A stretch of DNA of 43,630 bases, the filler included, from Jimgerdemannia flammicorona (taxonomy: Eukaryota): the NCBI GenBank assembly GCA_003990765.1. It is 2 parts of 2 records of this genome, joined end to end, with 100 filler letters (N's around TTAATTAATTAA, not from the genome) between each part and the next. Parts side by side here need not be neighbours in the genome. Positions count along the whole stretch, not along the records: positions 1 to 21,767 come from RBNJ01001398.1; 1 more part is not named here. One strand, written 5' to 3'. How positions within the stretch are numbered: position 1 is the stretch's first letter; each line of letters begins with the position of its first letter. Shown here piece by piece: positions 11,080 through 21,767 of this stretch. The notes under the pieces were generated by a model that ran no database searches, was not told the origin of the DNA, and saw only the letters and a list, made by a program, of their open reading frames with translations. Both the position numbers and the translations under genes were made by a program.

Positions 11080-14000
11080 GTTGAATAGTCTTGATGGAGA
11101 TGTTTCGGGGTATCCTTGAGAGTGCATCAGCATTGGTGTTGGTCTTTCCTGGGTAGTGCTTGACAGTACAGTCATATTCTTGCAGTCTATAGATCCATCT
11201 GGCATATATTTCTTTGGGGTTCAGAGTGTGGAATAGCTAGGCAAGAGTGGAATGGTCTGTCTGAATGGTAAAGTGTTTTCCAGCTAGGTAGTAGTGGAAC
11301 TTGTCTACTGCCCAAACTACCGCTAAGCATTCAAGCTTGTATGACTCGTAGTTCTGTTCTGCTCTGCAGGTACCTCGGCTTACGTAGGAGATGACATATT
11401 CATGTCCATCTTTCTTCTGAGCTAGGACTGCTCCAAGTCCTATAGCACTCACATCTGTCTGCAGGATGAATTCTAGGTTCCAGTCTGGTCTTCTGAGGAT
11501 GGGTACTTGGGTCAACCTGGTCTTAAGTTCATTGAAGGTTTCTTGGTACTCCTTGGTCTATTCGAATTTGGTCTCCTTCTTCAGTAGCTCATAGATAGGT
11601 GCTACAATGTTAGAGTATCCTTTGATAAATCTTCTGTAGTAGCTGGCCAGTCCAAGGAAGGCATGGACTTCTGTGGTTATTCTGGGTCTTGGGTAGGCTG
11701 CAACAGCCTCAATCTTCATGGGGTCTGTGTGGATTCCAGTCTGGTTGATTAGGTGTCCTAGGTAGGTAATTTCTTGAGCTGCAAACTTGCATTTCTTGGG
11801 CTTGATGTAGAGGCCATGCTCCTTGAGCCTCTCGAGAGCTAGCTGTATGTGATTGACATGTTCCTGTGCAGTATTGCTGAAGATGATCATATCATCAATA
11901 TAGACAAAGAGCCATTTTCCAATCTCGTTGCTGAAGACTCTATTCATCATTCACTGGAAACTTGCTGGGGCATTATACATTCCAAATGGCATTCGCAGAT
12001 AGATATAGGTGGCATCAGGTATGATGAAGGCTGATTTCTCACTGGCATCTTGAGTGAGACCGATCTGATGGAAGCCTGAGAACAGATCCAAGGTGGTGTA
12101 GTATTTGGCTTTGCTTCCAAGGGTGGTAAGGATTTCTTGAATATTCGGCAAGGGCTGCCTATCCTTCTTAGTGATGGCATTGAGTTTCCTGTAGTCAATG
12201 CAGGGTCTTGGTGCAAACTCTCCAGGCTTGCTTCCTTTCTTCGGGGCAAGGACAATGGGTGAGGCCCAGGGGCTGATAGCTTGCTTGATGATTCCGGCTT
12301 CTTCTATTTCCTTGAGTTCAGCTTGTAGCCACTCTCTGTAGGCAGGTGGTATGGGTCTGGCTTTCTGGTAGATAGGCTTGGTATCACCAGTGTCAACTTC
12401 ATGGTAGTACTTGGGTTCTTGATTGTGGATATCCCTAAAGTCTGTAGCAAGTACTCCTTCATTCTGGTGCAGGATCTTGAGAAGTTGTTCCTCCAGGGGA
12501 AATTTTTCTCCAATGGTATATGTGTGCTTGTTCTGGTTCTTGTTTTTCTTGTGCTCAAGTTTGGTAATCTTGGTGGCGGCATAGGCTCCTCTTCCAGTAG
12601 ATCCAAAGTCTTGTTCTCCTCTCTTGGTCTTGATAAGTTCAGTGGCCTCTTTGATCTTGGGCTTCTTGATTTCGTGGATCAGCATCTGGCCAATCCTGTC
12701 ATGCTTCTTGACTTCAAAGGGGGTGGTGTGGTTGTGATTTCTGACTATGAGAAAAATCTCACCGGTGTAATCAGGGTCAATTACTCCTCCTTCAACTGAG
12801 ATTTCACTTTTGGCTAGACTGCTCCTGGTCTTGATAATTCCGGCGTAGTTTTCTGGCAGCTTGACTCCAATTCCAGTGCCAAGTAGGGTGGTGGTCTGTG
12901 GTTTGAGGGTAGCATCTTGAATGCTGGCAAGGTCCATTCCTATGGCTTCTTCAGTCTTGTATTCTGGGATCTTGGCTTCAGGGTGAAACTTCTTGACCTT
13001 CAGAGTGATGTCTGATTCTTGTTCCTCCTCATCATCACTGTCAGCTTGAAGCTCTGGGGGCTGGTCATCTTCTTTGGCTTTCCTTTTTGCTTCGGCAGCT
13101 TCTTGCTCATATTTTTGTTGGTGGATTTTCCTAACTTTGCTGATACAGGACCAGCAGTCATTCAGGTGTTCAGAGTAGTACATTCTAGTACCATGGGGGC
13201 ATCTTCCTTGAGGGGCATACCCATCGATGATCTTGTTATACCACTGCTCATCTGTGAGCTTGGGTGTCTTGTTCTTGTTCTTGTTCACCAAGGGCATAAA
13301 GACCTCTGTGTCTTCTTCATCTCCTTCCTCCATGTCTGGCAGGACTCCTTTGTGGACATTAATAGAAACTCATACCTTTCTTCCTCTGTAGTTGATCTGC
13401 ATCTTCTGGGCATTGAGGTTAATGATGGCCTTGGCCTTGTGAAGCCATTGGTTACCAATGAGGATGTCATAGTTGATGGTGCTTGTAACAATCATGTCTA
13501 CTAGGATGGTAGCTCCTCCTATCTTGATGGGGACTTCTCGGATTTTGCCAAGGGGGATAGCTCATGTACCATCTGCTGTAACATAGACTATTTTGGTGGA
13601 CTCTTCAATGTCCCAACCTAGGTGGTCAATTGCCTTCTTGCTCATGAGATATCCTCCAGCACCAGTATCAATGATGGTATCAAAGATACAGTCTTCAATC
13701 TGGCAAGGGGTATAGGCTGATGTCTTGTGCTGGTCTTTGGATTCTTCACCTGAGTTCTCAGATTCTTCTTGTGCATTGTGAGCTTCTACAATCTTGTACT
13801 CTTGATTCTTGACAGTAGTTGCAAGTCCTACTCTCAACTGCTGTCTGAAGGCAGGGACTTCAGCTAGCTACCCAAAAGTGGCATTGACCTTCTGTTCCTT
13901 GAGGTCCTTGTAGATGTCATACTGATAGATCTTAGTCTTATGCAGCTTCTGTTCCTTCTTGCTCTCACTTTCTCCTGAGACTGGAGTAGTACCTTCAATG

Positions 14001-15100
14001 ATTTGGTGGGCAGCCTTGTCTAACTCCATGTCTTGATCAATCTCCTCATGTTGGGTCTTACTTTAAATAGTGACAGCTGGAGTCTTTTTTGGTCTTCCAA
14101 CTGGCTTGCTATTGCTCTTCTTGTCATAGGGCTTGGACTAGGTTCTGGTACCTTCAGTAGTAGGGTAGAATTCGAGCTCCTCATAATACTCTTCATCATC
14201 AGTGTCACCAATCTCCTCAATGACTACTGCATTGGTTTGTTCTCTGGTTCTGCTAGCATTGCTTGGTTGGGCTTTGTGTCTTGTTTCGGTCATGCAATTC
14301 TTTGCATAGTGGCCTTCTTCTCCATATTTGAAGTATGTGATGTTATTGCGTTCTTCTATAGCAGCTGCAAATCTCTACACTGGTCTCCTGTTGACACTTC
14401 GGACTTCTTTAACAACATCACCAAGGTGTGCAGTCATCTCAGCGAACTGCTTGGCAAGTTCTTCCACTGGGTCAGCTTTGGCTGTCTTGGGGGTAGGTGG
14501 GGTTGGTTGTCTGTTTACAACTGTGGTAGGTAAGATACTAGTTGGCTTTGATAGCTTTATCTTGATGCTAGTTATTTTCTCCATTGAGTGTTTGGCAGGG
14601 TGTCTAGCAGTCCAATATCTCTGTGCAAAGACCACTTTCTGATCAAGGGTCAGTGCAGCTAGGGTAGACCAGATTGCTAGGGCAATTTCAGGGTGAACTC
14701 CTTTAAGAAAGGTTGAATCTGCTATTTGTTCCTTGAGGCGGTCATCATAGCCAGCCAAGACAATCTGGTGGCAAATTTGGATATAGAATGAGTTGGGATC
14801 TTCACTAAGTCTCTGGCAGATAGTATTGAGTTGATCCTTGAGAGCTTGCTTGATCTCTTCGGTATAATATATTGTTCTGAGGAAGGTCTTCATGTTGGCA
14901 AGTTTGGGTGCACCAGCATCAGCAATGGTGGCTGCATTAAACTTGTCTCAGGCAGGTCCTCTGAGGCTGACTGGTAAAAGGGCCAATTGAGCATCCACAC
15001 CAAGGGCTCGTATGGTGGCAAATTGTTCAAAGTCTTCAATGAAGGTCAGGATTGACTCTTCAGTAGTATATCTATAGAATGTAGGGGGACACATTTCCAT
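11072..15100 (-). pseudogene. Gag-PR-dUTPase-RT-RNase H polyprotein, one frame (~1342 codons) with scattered stops
   Basis: ORF-track fragments starting 14893, 13837, 13333, 11950 and 11515 share a frame. PPTFY Gag start, decayed zinc knuckle YFKYGEEGHYAKNC, protease IIDTGA, RT LDLFSGFHQI/MPFG/YIDD, RNase H LQTDVS...ADALSR. True Gag start uncertain. Confidence 0.92.
12593..13003 (-). other. dut: Trimeric dUTPase domain within Pol
   Basis: All five motifs: AIGMDL, RSSLA, GVIDPDYTGEI, DRIGQML, RGEQDFGSTG. Confidence 0.95.
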
Positions 15101-15201
15101 CTTATCTTGAATTCTTGCAGGGGGTGACTCTTGTAGTCAGAGTAGTTGTTGTGGGGGTTGTTCATTTTTCAGCTTGAAAGTGAGGGATTTGTCTTGAATC
15201 A

Positions 15202-15218
15202 CCAGCCAATGGGCACCA
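15202..15218 (-). other. Putative primer-binding site TGGTGCCCATTGGCTGG (tRNA not identified)
   Basis: Starts with TGG 3 nt after the 5' LTR end on the sense strand. Confidence 0.6.
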
Positions 15219-15221
15219 AGT

Positions 15222-16753
15222 TGTCACGTAGTGGTCGCCGAGTCCTTCAAATATGCCAGATTCTCTTCAAGGTGTATCTCTTAGACTAACTCAAGTTGTT
15301 ATAAGCAAGTTCTTATTGGAGTGCCTTCCCAAGGTCTTATAGTCCTCAAACTTCTTATCTTTAACTGTCTTGTTATCTCTTAGATTGCTTGCAAGGAAGT
15401 GTGTAGATGAACTTGACTGACTTTATTTCAGAGGAAATAAGAGAGATATTTATACAAAATATAATTCAATGGTTGCTAAGATATAAAGCTAAATATGAAT
15501 TCCAATAACTAAAACTACTAAGTTTCAGGGCTGGCATTATTTAGTATCACATTAAAATACTAGTGCTGGAACAATTTTGCATCACCTCAGAATACTGGTA
15601 CTGACATTATCCAGTGTTACATGAGAATACCAGTGCTGGCATTATCCAGTGTAACAAAGAACTTAGAGCAGAAAGTTCAGAACCATGGGAGCTTCATCAT
15701 CATCATCACTGAAGGAGATGAGGTCCGCGAATTCATCATGCAGGCCACACATCTCGTGTACTTTGTATGCCTCGTCGCATGGTTCACATGCTTTGGGTAT
15801 GTCATGTGGGATGACATCATCGATGACGTCATCACGTTCGGCTGTGGCGGGGAAATCAGGAACAAGGTCTGGGGCTCTCTAGTCTATGAGGTTCTCTTCC
15901 ACAAAATAAGGAACAAATGTGGGGTCTTGGGGAGATCTAACCCAGATGCTTGGGCCTTGGAATACTGAGATCAATCTTTGCAGGAATTGGTCTGGGTTGT
16001 CCTGAAGGATAGAGTGCCAGAAGTCTTCTACTTCTTTGCTGTTAAGAGTGATGGTGGACTGGGCTTCTGTGGCTACCCTGGCTTCTAGTGCATTGATATG
16101 GCAGGATGACAGGTCTCTGAAGTCTGAGACTCTAACATACTCCAAGTTGGAGATCGACCATGGTGCATGCCTGAAGATCTGATGGATCTTCTTTGCTGTC
16201 CTTGTCTCACATAGGTCCATAAGAGTGGTATCTTATAGCTCTTGAGGGCTGGCCTGTGGGAACTCCCGGCAGAGGAGGTTTCCTATTTCGTATTCCTGCT
16301 ACATTTGGAAGCATTCAGTGGCAATGGTGATCCTTGTTTCCATTTCGCAGTGATAGAGAATGAAGTGATAGGGGTCTGCAATACCCAGGTTGATACTAGG
16401 AGTCCTTCTTGAGCGGGTCCTCATGGCTCTTCTGATGTCTTGGAACATCCTTTCCTCAACTGAGATACCTTGATGATTCCTTGACCTTGAGGTTTGGTGG
16501 GCAGCAGGCATTTTGTTTATAGTAAGTCTTTGAGCTATTTTGGGATTGGTGGTTCTTGTTGGTTGCTGCTACTGTAGTTTCTTGATCCTTCTTTTATATT
16601 CTTCAGGATGCTTGTACTGTGGTCACAATGACTTACAGTTGGTCATCATTGCTCATCTTATATGCCATATGATCTTCTTGTACTCCAATCTGGTGGCTTG
16701 TAAAGAAAGGCTGTCTCCTGTGCTGATGTCATTATTCTGGGGTCACCATTACA
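15222..16753 (-). repeat. 5' LTR (1532 bp)
   Basis: TGTCACGTAGTGGTCGCCGAG...GGGGTCACCATTACA; direct repeat of 7986-9517. Confidence 0.96.
15663..16511 (-). pseudogene. LTR-encoded accessory ORF (5' LTR copy, 3 premature stops)
   Basis: Stops at 16299-16301 (TAG; TGG in the other LTR), 16233-16235 (TAA; CAA) and 15879-15881 (TAG; TGG). None is shared with the 3' LTR copy. Confidence 0.85.
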
Positions 16754-17679
16754 ACATATAACTCTGGTTCTGATCCTAGTCTCAACTATACCTGGTTATA
16801 GTAATAGCTATCTAGTGAATATTATTATATGATATTTTTTTCAGCAGAAGATTAGAGATCAATGGATTGAGTTGTTGACAAATTTTGAGAAAAATACAAT
16901 ATATTTTTCTATATCTTCTACAATTGTTGCAGCTTATATGAGGTCAACCTTTAGTTTTTTAATGAGTAGTAGCTTGAGTGATGGCTTGGGCTTAGACTTG
17001 GGGTTGGGTAGCAGCTTGGACTTGAGCAATAGCTTAGACTTAGGTGGTATCTTTAGAGGTCTCAGAGGCCTCAGGAGTGGAGGCTTTAGGAGTAGCCTGA
17101 GGGGTAGTTTCAGGTTTAATTCTTGAGATAAATTGCTTGATTACTTCTTCAATCTTCTTTTTCTTCTTCTTATATTTATTATCAGTTTTAGGTTCTTCAT
17201 CATTCAACCAGATAACAATCTTGTTAGTAGTATGGTTTATATTCTCAAAGGCTCTAGAAAGATGATTAACATAGAATTGAAGTTTTTTATAAGGTGAGAT
17301 TATTTTTTTATTTTTTATTTTTAGTTTGTTTTTTATTATTATTAAAGTCAGCTTATTTATATATACTTTATCTATACTTATTACAATATCTGAAGCTCTT
17401 GGCTCATACTTATTATAATATTTAAAGCTCTTAGCTTATATTTATTACTTACAAAATTGTAGACTTGTAAACTTGCAAGCATAAGTATTTTGGATATAGT
17501 GACTAAGTATATATAATATATATCCTTAAGTTTTGAATATATTTAAAATTCTATATATTATACAATTAATGCTGCTTATCATCTATCTCTAGTACTTTTA
17601 AATAGATATAATGATATCTCACTTATCTCATTAGAGCTAAAAATAACAAAAATTATATTCAAATATAACAATTAGATAT

Positions 17680-19136
17680 TGTAACAGACCAAAACATACC
17701 ACCTGAATTATAACTTAGCCAGATGATGCAAACAATTAGCATACTTACTCAGCATGATGTGACTTCTAGTGTATCATAGTTACTCATACCCGCCATACTT
17801 ATAATTAGCCAAGACACCAGATCAGGATTGTTTATCTGTGTCCTGAGGACACACTTATGTCCGGCAGACACACTCATGTCCTGCAGACACACTCATGTCC
17901 TGCGGACACACTCATGTCCTGTGGACACACCTGTACCCAGAGGATACACCCAAATATTATCAAAGATAGCAAATCTATAGTTAGCCACATAGTAACCAGA
18001 TAGCAACCAACTCATATAAATTACCCCAGAGGTGAGAGTGAATAAAAACCTCAGTCCAATAAGTCTGAAATTGAAGCAAAAGACAAGTCTGCCTACCATA
18101 CTTCGAGAGGAACTCTACAGCCACTGTTAGGAGATTGTGAGCTTATTTCCCCTTTCCACTCTGGTCCACTTTCTGATACAAAGAACGAGTTCATTTTTGG
18201 TATGCTTGCCAGATAAGCCTGAAGAATTCCAGTTTTCTGCCAAGTTTAAGGAAGAACTTTGCCACATTCCCAGAGAGCCCGCCTTTCTTGCTACAAGCCA
18301 GTTTCTGATGCAACTTCGCAGTGACCCATTCGCACAAATAAAGCCAGTCTTTGATGCAACTTTACCAAGAGACCCTTTCCAAGCTGCCATCCCATTTCCC
18401 AGAAGCCCGCCGATTCAGGAAGAATCCACATCACTTGCCGTTTTTGAGTTATCCACTGTATTCCCAGTTGAAACTGATTCAGGAAGAGTCCATACCATCC
18501 AAGTTAATTCCCAGTTAAGCCGCCATTTTCAAGAAGTCCACTGATTCAGAAAGAATCCACGTCATCTGCTATTTCCAAGTTATCTGCATTCCCAGTGAGC
18601 CTGAGAAGAATCCGCTGCCAGCATTATTCCCAGTTATTCGAACTATCTGCGCCACCAAGCTATTATTCCCAGAAGAAGAATCCACGCCATACAATTCCTA
18701 GTGAGCCAAATCGAGTTATTTGCTGAATTATCAGAACATCTGCATAAGGAACCTACCATGCTATACAGAGATCATCATGCTACATGAGATCGTCATGCAG
18801 AAATCACATAAGAAGAATCGCTAAATTGCCAGATCATCATGCAGAAATCAGAGATCGTCACTCAAGAAGGAAACCGCTCATGCTATATATAAAATTCTGC
18901 CATTCCCAGTTGACCTAAGAAGGAAAAGACATACAAATTGCTGCTACACCCAGAGAACTGTCCCAATAAGGAAATCACTCGCAGATATCCAGCTTTGACT
19001 ATTATACCACTAAACACCAAGGACCTCAGAAATCTTAGAACATTTTGTTACTTTTTGACAAAGTAACTGGGGGCTCAAGCCAAACTACATCAATCCCCAA
19101 CCTTGTAATTTGCCTCTATTGAGCCGGCATGTTACA
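17680..19136 (+). repeat. 5' LTR of element 2 (~1457 bp)
   Basis: 7-bp terminal inverted repeat, TATATATAAAA near 18884, PBS directly after. No second LTR is in the window, so the left end is inferred. Confidence 0.75.
17847..17930. repeat. 19-bp tandem repeat x4.4 (GGACACACTCATGTCCTGC)
   Basis: Units start 17847, 17866, 17885, 17904, 17923; consensus contains a GGACA..TGTCC inverted pair. Confidence 0.92.
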
Positions 19137-19138
19137 TT

Positions 19139-19155
19139 TGGGGGCTCAACTGGGA
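19139..19155 (+). other. Primer-binding site, tRNA-Pro-like (TGGGGGCTCAACTGGGA)
   Basis: 2 nt after TGTTACA; close to the canonical tRNA-Pro PBS TGGGGGCTCGTCCGGGAT. Confidence 0.8.
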
Positions 19156-19176
19156 AGATTTCAAAAATCGACATGA

Positions 19177-21767
19177 CTTTTCAGCTCACAAGAACCCACA
19201 GTCAAACTGGATACATTTGATACAACACTAATTTCTGCCACTACAGGAGAACCAGTCATCACTAGCATTTGGACAGGAAGAGAAGTAATCATCTCAAGAC
19301 TTGCCAACTACCCAGCATCAGAAGGATCCCAATCAGAAGCAGGAGGCAGTACAGCCCGAAATCCCCAACTAGATCAACTAGAACAACCAGACAATACAGG
19401 CAGCCCTGCTAGAGTTTTTGGAGAACTTGCACAAGAACTAGACAAACTTATTACCTGGACCCAACATCTTACAGCCAGACAGCATACACCAGTCCCACCA
19501 ATTTTACCAATAGAACCCCTACCACAACCTCTTGCAGAACCAGAAGTAGCTCCTATAAGGATACCTAGGCCTACTCCACCTCACCCAAGAACAAGAACAC
19601 CATCTTTGAGATACCCAAGCACCCTGGTCTCTAGTGATAGTTCAGAAAGTGAATCAGAATCAGAATCCGAATTCGAACCAGAATTAGAAGAAAGTGACAA
19701 AGAAATGGCCACCTCATTGCCAATCTTTGCAGGATACCCAGAGGAAGACCCCAGAGAATTCCTTGATGGAATCGAAGGAATCGCAGCCTTGAGGAATCTC
19801 TCAGATGAAAGGAAAATTGCCATCTACAAAGCTCAGCTCAGAGAACCAGCCAGAGGGATTTTCCATTGAACAGCAAACAACCCAGATTTGGAACTAGCAA
19901 GACAGATACAAGCAGTAGTCTCCTATGAGCTAGAATATCAGGCCATGGTCTACTGGCTCATAGAAAAGTATACAGGAAATGAAACCCACCACAAGGCCCA
20001 GGAATCCATCATGGGAATGAAGATGAATCTTGGAGAATCACCCAGAGCCTTCTTCACAAGAATCCAGAAGAGGATGTACTCTGCTGGGTTCAATGCCACC
20101 AACCAAGACATCATAGGTCCAATGACCTTCATGAATGGGATTCCTCTGAATATTGCCCAGCATGTCCGCACCCTAGGCATCAGAAGGTCTGAAGAGCAAG
20201 TAGATGCAGCCCAAGGATTCTTTGATGTCAGGCAAGGAATCACCTGGAGTGACCATGACAAGAAGGAAGATAAAGAAGATATCCTGGTCAAAGCCCTGCA
20301 AGGACTCCTTCAAGGACAAGAAAGGTCTGAAGAAAGAAGGCCAGCCAAGGAAGGAAAGAAGGACAGAAGCAAAATTCAAGACCTCAGCTCCAAGTTAGAC
20401 CGATTGGTTGGACAGATTGAAAAACTCACCACATGTGAAAATCAGGACTACCAAAACAACAGAGAGTACCCACCACAGAGGAGCCAAGGTTATCCATCAA
20501 GAGATAACAGGAATTACCAGCAAGAAGAAAGAAGGTACCCTGTCCAAGACAGAGCCCAAGTCCAATGCTTCCACTGTGGACAACTCGGACACTATGCCAC
20601 TGAATGTGACAACAAAAGAAGTGACCGAAGGGACTCAGAACCACTAAACTGAAGGAATGACACCCAGTACAAGAAGACTGAAGCCCATCCTGTTGAAGAT
20701 TTCGAGGAAGCAAGCAACAGTGAAGACTACAGTGACCTAGACTTGTACCCTACCAAGGTTACCACCTGAAAGACAGTCTACCCAGCAGAGAAAAGAAAGA
20801 GACCTGTGGGAAGACCATCCAGGAACATCAGCAGGAGAATTATTCAAGAAGAAGATGAAGAACATGAGGAGGAACAAGTTGAAACACCTCTCTGAACCCC
20901 TTCACCTTTTATGCCCGAGACAAACGAGTTGCCACCAGAAGATGAAGAAATAGAACAAGAAGAACGGGAACCTGCTGCTCCAAAGTCTAAGAAGAAGTAC
21001 ACCCTGAAGACCATGTCTAGGGATATTTACAATGAAGCCTGGCAGAAGATTCAAGAAGCCAAGATGGAAGTCCCTCTCCTGCAGTTCTTGCAACTGACAC
21101 CAGCTGGAGTCTGAAACAAATTGCTGAGAACCACCAGGTCTAGCACTGGCCAAGTTCCAATCCCACAGCAAGAACCAGCTTCCATCCCGGTCCAAGCAGC
21201 TGAAAGACATGTCAGCACCTACTTACATGGAGATATTGGAGGGCAAAAAGCGAAAATTCTCATAGATACAGGAGCAGCTGTCTGTGTCATTGCCAAACGA
21301 TTCTTGGACACCCTCCAATGGCCCATTGATGGACCATCCAACCTCAGCATCATAGTAGCAGATGGAGCCCGAACTCAACCCCTCGGAGAAGTACAAAATA
21401 TCACCATCTCCCTTGGACACATTCAGTTCTCTATCCCCAAAGCTGTTGTTACCGAAGCTGTCACCTATGACATGATTCTTGGCACCAACTGGATGAAGGA
21501 AATGAATGCAGTTATTGATATTGGCCAACAAGTACTCAAGTTTGACTACCGAGGCAAGAAGTACAGAGTCAAGGTAACCAGCTATGAGCAATCAAAGAAG
21601 AAGAAGAAGGTCACTATTCAAGAAGAATATGCCAGCAGTAAGGAGTCTACTACAGAAGAGGAAGAAGAATCCGAAGATGGAAATGATCCCAGACTCAATC
21701 CACGAATTAACCTGGTGGATGACAGACCAGAAGACAATGTGTGGGCCAAGAACACTATCCCTATCAC
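19177..21767 (+). pseudogene. Gag-protease frame of element 2 with in-frame TGA stops
   Basis: Fragments 19606, 19888, 20911 and 21121 share a frame that is open from 19177. LPIFAG..EDP Gag motif, CFHCGQLGHYATEC, ILIDTGA...ILGTNW protease. Confidence 0.9.

Larger units (their letters stand above)
7986..16753 (-). mobile_element. Full-length Ty3/gypsy-type LTR retrotransposon (8768 bp), inactivated by point mutations
   Basis: Two 1532-bp direct repeats at offset 7236; TG...CA termini; TSD ACAT at 7982-7985 and 16754-16757; PBS-like site and PPT in the expected positions; domain order Gag-PR-dUTPase-RT-RH-IN. Confidence 0.97.
17680..21767 (+). mobile_element. Second Ty3/gypsy-type LTR retrotransposon, 5' half, cut by the contig end
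   Basis: LTR-like segment with TGTAACA...TGTTACA termini, tRNA-Pro-like PBS, Gag with CCHC knuckle, aspartic protease. Confidence 0.9.

Noticed and set aside
11949..11953. TGA-ATG at the 11951/11950 junction as programmed readthrough or stop-restart
   Set aside because: It lies inside the conserved RT motif PASFQ(R)MMN; simple CGA>TGA decay explains it.
17847..17930. Palindromic repeats resembling a CRISPR array
   Set aside because: Units are contiguous with no unique spacers, lie inside a eukaryotic LTR, and no cas genes are present.
18137..18544. 135-aa ORF in the element 2 LTR as a counterpart of the element 1 LTR gene
   Set aside because: GTG start, overlaps degenerate repeats, no similarity seen to the 282-aa protein, and no second LTR to test it against.
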